Of a stretch of DNA of 44,271 bases, positions 33,714 through 44,271 are shown piece after piece. Each line of letters opens with the position of its first letter. Position 1 is the first letter of the stretch. The notes under the pieces are model-generated. The model had not been told where the DNA came from and searched no databases. It worked only from the letters and a program-made list of their open reading frames with translations. This DNA comes from Acanthaster planci (taxonomy: Eukaryota), in the NCBI RefSeq assembly GCF_001949145.1, contig NW_019091358.1, forward strand, positions 2,366,240 to 2,410,510, in the 5' to 3' direction. A program made the position numbers and the translations under genes.

Positions 33714-36700
33714 TGCACCAGTTGATACCCTTGACACATTTTTTTTGTTTCTTATTTTTGTCCCCAAAATCAGGTCAATATAGAGGTTTTTCCATTGCTG
33801 GGAATCGGAACATGTCCTCCTGGATGCAAGATTGATTACTCATACATTGAACAAAATACATGTAACACACACCTACGCATTCATGTCTACTCCATGCTTG
33901 TCAAGAGCGTTTATATTCATAGCAATAGCCAATCCAGTCTGACACCAACCCCTACTAAACGAACGCTGATCAACTTGATTTAAGCCAAGATTGAGTTTGT
34001 GTAGTAACGCGGTAATTTCAATTGAAAATCGATAAACCATTCCCCAAAGATTTCACAACTGTCCGGGCAATGACAGCACCATATTTTGTGGTGTTCCAAA
34101 TGAAAAATGGAAATTCGATGCCGAAAAATTTAGAGTTGTTAAAACCACTTGCCTACTTTACACGTTGGCATTCCCGTTTCTAATTCGTAGATACCGAGAC
34201 TGTCTCATATGTCATTCTTTCACTTACTTCTTTCGACCACGAGACAAGGGACGACGTTGGCCGTTAGTTGCTCAATGACGGGATAGGCAGATCATGACAC
34301 CATAGGGAGCCTGTGACGGCCACGCACACGACGAACCATGACAAGCTTGTGCTAGTCAAGTATTTGGGAAGGGGTCCTAGATTACGGACAGTAGGAAACG
34401 AGATGTATATCACACTTCAGTCAGTCTCTTCACAGTCATCAGCAGCCACAACAGGCAGAAGCTGATATAAAGAATTTCTTCCAATTTTCATTCAGCTCAG
34501 CTGACGGAAGATGGCCCATCATTTAAATATTCCGTCGAATGAGCATCCTGTCGTAGAGCTTCGCTATGCAAGGCCTGAGCAGTAAAAATCCTGAAGTTGA
34601 TCAATTTACCAAATATTGAAACAGTACTATGACGGTTCTAAGTACCACAGGCGGTCTGTCGTGACGTCATTCTTGGCGGAATACGTGCACATACATAACC
34701 AACGAACTAGTTTGCAATTCGCAAAAGAGCAATATTAAGACGAGCAAATTCTAAATAAATCAATAGTTGTTTCGAAGTGGGATAATTGCAACGCTTCCAG
34801 TTTACCTTAAAATTAAAGCGATTTTCGTTCCGCTATTGAATTCACCTGAGGTAGGGCTCAGAAATTTACTCTTACTCCTTACCATTGTATATGCATAATA
34901 AGCTGAGTGTTTTAAAAACGTAACAGTTTAAAAAGGCAAAGTTTTCATGTACTAGCATATTGCATTGTACAGTACATAGTAAGGGGCAATACATAACGAA
35001 AGAGCTGTACACGTGTTTCAGTAATGCCGTAGGTACCTTGTGGGTCCTATCATGATTAACTAAGCATTGTTTAAAGCGATTCCAAAATTAGGCATAAATA
35101 TAAATTCTGCCATCAGCACAACCTACATGGGTAACGACATTCAGGATTGGAGAATATACAAAGCACAAAAAACTGGAAGACATCTTACATAAATACAGAA
35201 TTTTATTAACAAGAAAAGCATTATCCTAGACCTTCACCCTGTCTATCTCATCTCTACAATCACACACAGTTATTCGACACTAGCGGCGAATGCCGTCTAT
35301 ATTTCACGGTCGTCTATCTGCAAGGGCGCTGTCAACCCGTACCGGTATGTTCGAAGACTTGAGACGCGAGCACTTTCGCCAAGCACAGACACCACATTGG
35401 CTGAAGTCTTCGCCCCGTTGCATAAGTTTGTAACAATTCCATGTAAGTAATTCCTATCGTTTATCTCTGTGAGCGGACTCCAGGCCGCCTGAGGATGATG
35501 GACGGGGCTTCAGATGGCTCAGAATCGATATCCTCACATAGGCCTAGTCCCCTGGGATCATATGGCACCATGTTAAGTATGTTTGCCACTCAAACATAGT
35601 TGCAGGGCGAGATTAATTCGAGGTAATAATTAAATTGTATGTTTACCCCGTTGTAGGGGAATTCAAGTGTTTCTTTCCTGCATGGGTGTTTTCAACGGCC
35701 ATGGTGAAGCTGGTTTGACCGTCACTTGATTATTCTGAGGTACGGTGATTCTACTGGTTCGAAAAGACATTACATTGAGGCAGCCAAGGTCAAAAAATAA
35801 TTCTGCATGCATGATTGCAATACTAAACAATAGCATCCAGCCAAGTTTTAGGCTATCCGGCACAGACGCGTAAGGGCAACTTCGTAGGCAAACGATGTGC
35901 CTGTGAATACATGTACACTAAGACCTGCACGATCACCTTATTTGATATCGAGCAATCTTGATTAAAAATCTTGCATCATCTAAAACCAGTAGCTTCTGTT
36001 CGTTTGACAGGTACAATAAATAACTCAATGAAACAAGCGTTACCTCAAAAGACGGGTAGGGCAACGACATTTTCTCACTTCAAGTTACCAGAGAACCCTA
36101 CAGTCTCGTCTTCTAATTTCGAGTTGCAATGCTCTGTTTGTAGAAATTAATGACACCCCCCCCCCTTTGCAGTGGTTAGCCCATGTGGTCACGAATCTGT
36201 TTGAGATTTGCCGTCTGCAGAGAGCTGACTGCTGATAGATGATATCCGAAATCACAGACGCCGCGTGGTGTCGAACATTGTTACTATGGGGAAATGTTAC
36301 AAAGCCGGAACTCATAGAAAAGTAATCAGATCTTGTCTCAGTGTGGCTCCCCCGGTATGGATGCAAAGTAGCCAGGATACCTTATTACCTCAGTAGGAAG
36401 TTGCCCTTATTAACGCGCCAACAGAGTCCACCGGCGACTGTGCTGCTGGTTTCACATGAGTAGAAACGCTGAAACACGTGAGGCCCAGTTACAATTGGAA
36501 TGACTGAATGGGATCCTCTCGGAGGCAATTTATTTAAAGGAGAAATTTCGACTTTTCCTGAAGTCGTCCCGCGGTGTCCAATTACACAGGAGACATTCTC
36601 AAGTGACTTCGGTGAGATTAAGTGCAAGTACCTCGGACTCGCTGGGCTTCATTTCAGCGGCCAGACACATCCGCAGTAAACTACGTACTGCAGTGTTGGT

Positions 36701-37374
36701 ATTTGATAGTCAATGAGAAAACGTGAACGGCTCTTGGAAAAAAGTAACCTGCTTTTTGAAAAAAGGGGGGCGAGGTTTAATCATATTCATGGATATAACT
36801 ACCCTCATGAAGGGATCGGTTAATGGTATTTTGTTAAAACATACTTATTACGAGGTATTTAAAAAAAGACAAGAAGATATGACAGAAACCAAAGATGCAT
36901 TCCATAGACATATTAATCCATATGACATGAATTGAAACAAAACCAGACATCTCGTGTGGGGTTGGAATCATATCGCTCAGTTACCCAGAACGGTAATGCT
37001 GACTGTTTTGATACTCTTTCAGACTTGAAGAGGCAGATTTGATCTTGATGAGACTTTTTCTTAGAACGCCCAAAAAGACCTTTAGCATGGAGTTCAGTAC
37101 ACGATGTTTACCAAATTCCCCTTTAAAAAATGAACAGCATCGTCGCTGTCTTGTCGTATTTGCTGTTGATAATGTTCAGGAAAAGTTATTACCAAGGCAG
37201 TAGGCAAGAGACATATTCATCCTACCGATTTGCTAGACTGGCGTTTCACAGCTAGTGTCTCGAAGCCTGGTTTTTAAAACGTACTGGTGGTCTGTCCAAA
37301 CAAAAACGCTGCCATAAATTCAAAGACCTTAGGATTTTTCGACTGCTGGAGGGGACAGGTGGAATGTCACCCCA

Positions 37375-37620
37375 ATTTCAATTTGTTTCTCTTTTGCAAC
37401 ACATCATCACTTTTCCAACAGTGAACATTCCTATAAGAGCTATGCGAGTGTACATCCTGCCACTGCCACTGTTCAGCATGGTACAGTACGGATAACATCT
37501 TACAAAGGCTAAGGTAGCATTGAAGAAATCTTTGCCGGGGTAGCCATTTTGGGAAGACAAACAAGTTTTTAATAGCTTCTTACAAAACAAGATGTAGAGA
37601 AGACTGCGTCATTTTGTTTC
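37375..37620 (-). mobile_element. Possible decayed L2-like LINE 3' end
   Basis: Minus-strand LFCKKLLKTCL (~37590-37560) resembles FKKxLKTHL; downstream TGTACACTCGCATAG...ATGTGTTGCAAAAGA weakly resembles an L2 tail. Confidence 0.25.
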
Positions 37621-39848
37621 GTAAAGTAAAAAAGATAGAGAAAAAAGTCTGCTTACCAAATGACCCTTAAATACAAAAAGGGCAGGATGCCTATTTGATA
37701 AATGTCAAACGTAGAGTTTTAATCAGAGAGCTCAAATATCTCTGTGTCATCCATTATTCCTAAGGACATTTATACAACACTGCCTAATTGCTCAGTGACA
37801 TTCAGGAGACAGCGGAGTGCGCTTGGCATTGCTCTTAGGCCTAAATGTCCGTATGGCCTAGTTCTGACTTCTCAAAGTTTCAGTATACTTATTTTCTTTT
37901 TATAGAATCCAGCTCCTTCCACTACGTTTGGACATACACAAATAGATATTAGAACACCGGTTCACCGTATACAATTCTCATAATGTACCCAGGACTTCTT
38001 AATATAAGGCCCTGTCCCCTCCCAAGGGGAAGAGAAAATCATTACGGCCCTTTGCGAGGGAAGATGTAGCAGGCTGCTTGCCCCAGAGGCATTAAACATT
38101 TAGTAGACGGTTTAAACTTTTGCGGAATTCAAGCGAATACCTGTGCGATATTGATCCTGCAAAGGGCCCCGGAGTATTTGTAATGCTCGGCGCGGTGAAA
38201 GCGTACACTGCTAGCGTGTGTCCCTGAATGAATGCTTTCCAGCGCTTACCGGGCACCTTCGTCGTATCCAATGAACCGCCAGCTCTTTTCGCAGTTTTTG
38301 GACAAATTTCGCGTCGGACCAGAGGGTCGGCGATTATGTCATTTCCTGGGCAACGCCATGAATCGTCGAAGCGGGATCCGCAATGTGTGCGATGTTTAGC
38401 AACGACGACATTACACAGCAACAAATTCAGACAGGAAATGAACAGATACAGGCACTCAACTGCACTCTGAAAAAAACGAGGTGACCTATACGTCACAGTT
38501 CCCAAATGGCATCAAATTAAAGAAACAGTCATCGTCTTCTTTGACCGAGTTCTTTCGCCTCTTACGTTCTGCCAAGCCTTGGTTATACACACTGTAAGTT
38601 GGGAGGGGCTCCTGCAGCATATAAGCATGCATTTTCAACATAAAAAAGCGAAAGATTAGTATCTCCAGAGAAGGGAGGTTTAGTACTGCAGTAATGCATC
38701 AAAGGCTTCGGGGCGTAGCCCCCGAACACTTGCCTAAAGGCCAGTAAAAACCGAACCCAAAAAATTAGGGTTATTCTAACCAAACGCACAAAAGTGTGTA
38801 TTAAGCTCACTAGCCAAATCAATGTGACATTTTTAGCGTACTAAGGGCTGATGGGTTTGTTTGTGCGTGCGCTCAACATGCGGTTGCAAATGCAGAATTG
38901 ACATCCCGCACGAAACCAGATTCCATAATTCGCAGAGACCGCAATGAATTCACTTCTCATTACGAAGTCGCATCGTAAATATTTGCAGCAAACCCAGGGC
39001 AAGATTTTCCCGTCGGCGTCAATTTTTAATTTGCTCTTCCGACACTTATCTCAAATGAACGATCGTTCTTGGGTGCGATTCAACCATCCCGGCCGGCCGT
39101 TAGCGACTCCGTGCGAGAGACTGGTAAAGACACTTCAAGAATTGTAAACCGTATCACCTTTGTCCTTCCCGTTTCTGGTCCGGATTGAATCTGACGGTTT
39201 TCCCCGGCTGTCAAGTGTTAAAATAATAATTGGCATTAGTTTTTGAGTAATAACCCGCAAGAGCCTCGCGAATGATATTAAACCTCTTCCCATTCAGCTA
39301 GCACACGCGAGAAGGTTGAATTTGTCTTCTTTAATGACAATGCGTGCTTGAATCCCAGGACCCTAGAAGAGAAGTGCCCTCCCCGATAAATTCCAAAAGC
39401 AGCATCTTGATATGGCCAATTAGGCTTTGTAAATTGGCAGAGGGTAGATGGGTGGAATCTTAATCAAAGCGGAATAGGACGTTGTCTGCATATTGATGAG
39501 AGCTGCGCTCCATGACTATTCATGCAAGGCTCCGAACGATCATAAAGTGAAACTGATTCAGTGGGATGAATGGCCGGATCCACTGAATGGCCCTTTTCTT
39601 CCATTCTTTTCTGTGACCACCTGCTGTCTCAAGACATACCCACCTCAAGAGGCTAAGAGTCGGCGTTACGACACTTGTCAACCAATGGTCCTCGCTCCGC
39701 CATTTTTTTATGTCATTTTCTAGGGCGCCAGGCCGTACGTGACATGCCTTTAAATCTGGATCCCCTAACACGGCGATCCTCGAGCCTCGCTCCTTGGGGT
39801 TTTCAACGCTAAAAGAAAAAACCTGTTCACTCTAATGAATTTCGCTTG

Positions 39849-39874
39849 CTTCCTGGAGCAAAGGCTCCAGGAAG
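39849..39874. other. Perfect 11-bp stem, 4-nt loop palindrome
   Basis: CTTCCTGGAGC-AAAG-GCTCCAGGAAG. Confidence 0.8.
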
Positions 39875-40990
39875 AAAAGAGAGGAAAAAAGTCATCCCGG
39901 CAAATGGAAAAATACGGAGCATGGTCCAGCTCTGGGGTTCTTCAATTAACAGGACACCGGTGTCAATCAGCCGGGACGAACCTCCTGCGAGCGTTATGAC
40001 AGCCACCAATTACGGACCGCATTATTGTCATGAGCCAGTGGTGCCGCTTCGCTTACACCGAGGCACTTGCGTGCTCGTCACAGTCCCGTCAGATCGTCCA
40101 GCCGGCTGAGGTGCATATTACATCGCCACAAAGAGATGTTTATGCAGTAATCCCATCATAACATTGGTGGAAAGGAGGCGAAGGAGGATTTTTTTATGCT
40201 GACGTGAAGAGCACCTTTTAGGTTGTTCTCTGGAAACTGTAACGAAATTATTCATTGCTCGGACTGTAGTTGAGCGGTCAAATCGATTTTCGAAGAATGA
40301 AAGGGTCAGTCCAGTCGAAATGTCCAAGCACATGGAATCGGTTCTATGTATAGATGGAGTAAAATACGAGCTCCCATTAAAAGCATCCTCACGGTGGAAT
40401 GTCGAGTGGAAAATGTTGGCCTAAAAAGAAAGCATAATTTAGTCCAGTTTATTTTCCCCCGACGACCTCAGAGTACTGGACACTGCAGCCTGCAGGATAT
40501 GAGATTATGCGCACAACGGTATTTACCATTATTAGAAGCAGGGTGCCAGGTACATAAATCTCAGCCATGTGTGACACAATGACGTCTTCATGCCGCGTGG
40601 ACACTTCTTGAAAAACCCATATCAACGATTTTGGTTTCAGAAACTGACACCTCAGAGAATATTTAATGGGTTTTACAGGAAATACATCGTACATTTACTT
40701 GTGGATTTCAGAAATACTGAGCCTGGTAACTGTTCCACTTGAAGAATTAAGAAACGTTATACTGAGTGCGGTTACATGCAGCACTCGGTTGCAGTTCATG
40801 GAAAACAGAATTACGGCGTTGTGTAAGCCTTGTTTGTCACTTTTACTTCGAAAACAACAAAACAAAACTAACAAAAGGAAATCAAATATAAGGCCCATTT
40901 TCTATTGTTTCGTCGTTACAAAGAATACAGGAAAGATGAAGGAATTGTAATAGCAAAATAAAGAATACACATTCATTACAAATTCATAGC

Positions 40991-41679
40991 TGTTACGGTC
41001 AGAAAAACTCCAAACTATTTCAGAATAGTAATAATTCTAAAATCTTAATGCTATCAGATGCAATAAAGCATCAAACAAGATAACACTGATAAAAGGAACA
41101 AATAAACAATGATTTAATGAGAATACTACACTAAGCCTTTAAAAATCAGGATAAATGCAAAAATGAGCTGCTACGGGGACAAAAGCTACGTCGAATAAGA
41201 ATGGCTGGGATCGAGACGAAACGGCTTAGGTGTGATGACCGTCGCAAATAAGAGACTAGATGATCCCACAATCTGGAACTGGATTCAGTTCACAAACTGG
41301 CTCTTCCGGAACAATTTTCAGTTCTGCACTTCACTTGGTCTGGACTAACTTAAAAGTGTCGCTCCACAGACAACTTGGAGGTTGAAATGGTGCAGAAGTC
41401 AGCAATTCAAAGGCATCTCACAACCCACGTACGGTAGAATTGCCTTCCAAACTCTCTTTAGCTGTGTGTGTCTCTGTCTCTTGCTCTCGTTCACACCTTG
41501 TCTGCCAGAGCCAGTCTTTTATAGTCTACAGCTCTGCTAGTAATTCCTTTTTCATTATATACGTTTCTTAAAACTGGACTTCTTAGCACTGCTTAATCTT
41601 ACATGAAGCGTCCAGCACGTACACTAGACAACTAGAATCTTACGAATCTTACAAAAACCTCCAGAACCCGGCCGTGACA
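40991..41679 (-). mobile_element. Solo LTR (Gypsy/BEL-type), 689 bp
   Basis: TG...CA termini with short inverted ends TGTTACGGTC (40991) / GGCCGTGACA (41679), 8/10. On the minus strand a TATAAAA box (41523-41517) precedes a purine-rich tract and an ATTAAA poly(A) signal (41118-41113), the expected U3-R-U5 order. No PBS, PPT or internal ORF adjacent; TSD not evident (TAGC vs ACTA). Confidence 0.75.
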
Positions 41680-44271
41680 ACTAAAACATTCTGGACCACA
41701 GCGTGGTTATTCACCGTGGCATGGGTCAACAGCGGGTCACACACAGAATCTTGTGCGGTACCATTAGATAATCTGCCACACGTATGGAGACTGTGTGTAT
41801 CTGGGTGTACACAGCATAACCAGTAACATTTGGACGGACATTTGGTATAATAATCATAATTATGAATTGGTGCCCGACTAGGACACCTTGAGGTACCTTT
41901 GAAAAATTATCATCAAGTCCCTGGGGACAGGGTACCTACCCCACCCCTACGCCATCCCTACCAGCGCTGGATACGAAAGTGAATATGACTAGAATATGTA
42001 CTAGGCAGTCAGGGAAAAGACTGTATTCCCACATTCTGTTACAACAGACAACTACTGCAGGTAACACTCATACCATCAAGGCCAACAGGACAGGTTGTCT
42101 ATGACCGTGAAGTGATTGCTCTATTACACTGCAGAAGTCCTCGTTTATTCTGTCTAAAGGCAACAGAATCCTTCATAGGGACGTGCCGACCATACATATA
42201 ACAGGTCTGCATTACACTTACAAGAGTTTCTAAACTGTTACAAGCATGACAATTTTGTGGTTAAGGACATCAAAGGATCATAAAATAGTCCGGAACTTCA
42301 ACAAATTGGTTACCCAGGTGACAGTTGAAATGAGAGTTTACTCTTGGCGATGAATCACGTTTGCCTTCAATTGAATACTATCAAGTTGGGAGTATTAACA
42401 TGAGCAAGAACATCCAACCTATCCAGTTGGAAAAGTCACTTCAATGTAGATAGTGTGTCTGAAAGACACTGCTCAAACCTTTAATAACGCAGTTCGTATT
42501 AGTTTGGCGTTTCCCTCCGGTAGCTACAAAAACGCGTTAGAATGAAAGGCTATATAAAGCATCACTCTCCGTCAGCAAAACGCACGTGCAATCTTCCCCC
42601 TGTACCTCAGCCACAGCACTCAGCAACACCAATCACGTTCGACATATCGAGGCTGCTCCATCAACTACCTAATGAAAGTCCCTGACAACCCTTATAAAAA
42701 GTGCGGCTCAAACCTAACGGAGGGTTGATCCTAAGCGACATTTCATTCGGCCAGACCCTCACGCGTTACCTCTTCTCTGTCCGCGGTTACAGGGATCTGA
42801 TGTATCAACTGTCTTCGCAGGCTTAGTTTCGAGCATACCCTCGTAATGAGGTAAGAAGGTAAAGGCACCTTACCGTGTAAACACCTGTTTACTGCTTCTC
42901 ACCCGAATACAATTGTAACGAACTTTTTCTGAGAAATGAACACTTGCCGAAGTTTAGACGCGTTTGAAATCGAGGTGCACTGAAACGCGCATAATCGTTC
43001 CTGTGCGCTATAATTCACCTCTGGTAAGCATACGTTGCGCATTAAACATCAAGTGACTTCAAAATCGGGACAAATTATCTTTTCACTTGTAATTAGGAAA
43101 ATTTATAAAGACCTCGGTATGTTGATCATATCCTATTAATTTGAACTTATGTTGATGTATAGTGTATGGGCTCGGACGGTCTCAAGCCAACACAATGTGT
43201 CGAACTTCACCTAATTTCGCAGCCTCTCATCCATTTCAATCTTCCTGTCATATACATAATCAATAAAGAAAAAACAGAAATACAAAATGATCAAGTTCTT
43301 GATAAGCGTTGAGTTTTGGTTGACATTATTGTATCTGTGAAGTAGTGGCGTATTCAGCGTATATAACAAAAGGTGTGATATGCATTAGAGTGTCCAGCAG
43401 TGGGTGATAAAATCGCGATCAAAACAGAAGAAAATTAACCCCTTTCTTTTCATACTAAAAATATTCAAACGTTACATCTCAATTCCACAAAGTGAGTTAA
43501 GATTTCTATTTATGTCAATAGTTGTAATGTAACAGACAATAATTTTCAGAGAATTAAGTAGTCCGTCTTGACACAGAGTGCCTCGTGTTGAGAAAAGGTT
43601 GCATTATTATAATGGAAATTTGCCTTGGACCCCAAGAGAGGACTGTCGTTCTTGTCAGAAGAGCGAAGGTACCGCCATCGACCTTCGGGTGGCCATGTGC
43701 ATTTGTCTGATACTGCTTAAGATTACATCTTAATTTGTCTGCACCAGGGTAGTTTTCCTTGCAGAGAGGCTTAGGATTAAATCAGTGCCAGATTTTATTT
43801 GCCATCTTTTTCGTTTTCGTAGCTTTTTTCACGTTTACCTGTCAACGCAAGCTTCTCGGGGAGTACACAATAGTATACACAGTACGGTGTATTTTCCATG
43901 CAATGAACCAAGCAAAACAGGGAATATTTTTGCAATCAGTGCGGTGTGGTGTCATTGCAACGTGCGTCGCTCTCTCCAATTATCATTCCGTACTATATTC
44001 AACCATGAAATGTACATACACAATGAACATTTTACATTGTAGAAATCCAAGACAAGATGTCAGATAGAAGCAATGGTCACTACGCATGGTCCTGTTCAAA
44101 CAACAGCCGGGATCACTGTGTGGTCCACATAATTAGCCGATAAATGCAGTGATGGCGGGATCTTCCAATGGAGTGGATATGTACATGCTAAATGCCCGAT
44201 TCCTAATTGTAAAACTCAGTTGATAATGTAAAGTGCAGTACTTTGTACAAACTTCTACAGTAAAATCATCT

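Overview
AT-rich, repeat-strewn eukaryotic DNA, most like an intergenic or large intronic region of an invertebrate animal genome (inferred from the transposon types). No protein-coding gene, rRNA, intact tRNA or CRISPR array can be supported; none of the listed ORFs (longest 182 aa) has a recognisable domain. Best-supported features: a 712-bp foldback/Mutator-like non-autonomous element with a 9-bp TSD (5727-6438), a Helentron-associated (HINE/DINE-1-like) element with a duplicated 5' end (7536-9051), and a solo LTR (40991-41679, minus). Moderately supported: a Penelope-like 3' end carrying a minimal hammerhead-ribozyme-like motif (3181-3405), a decayed L2-like LINE 3' end (21127-21450), a tRNA-like A/B-box relic, several palindromes, and a diverged ~170-bp duplication (32632-32800 / 33544-33713). 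I found no convincing evidence of a new biological system. The most worthwhile leads are the hammerhead-like motif(s), the diverged duplicated block and the 86-nt hairpin. All family assignments are by eye and need database confirmation.
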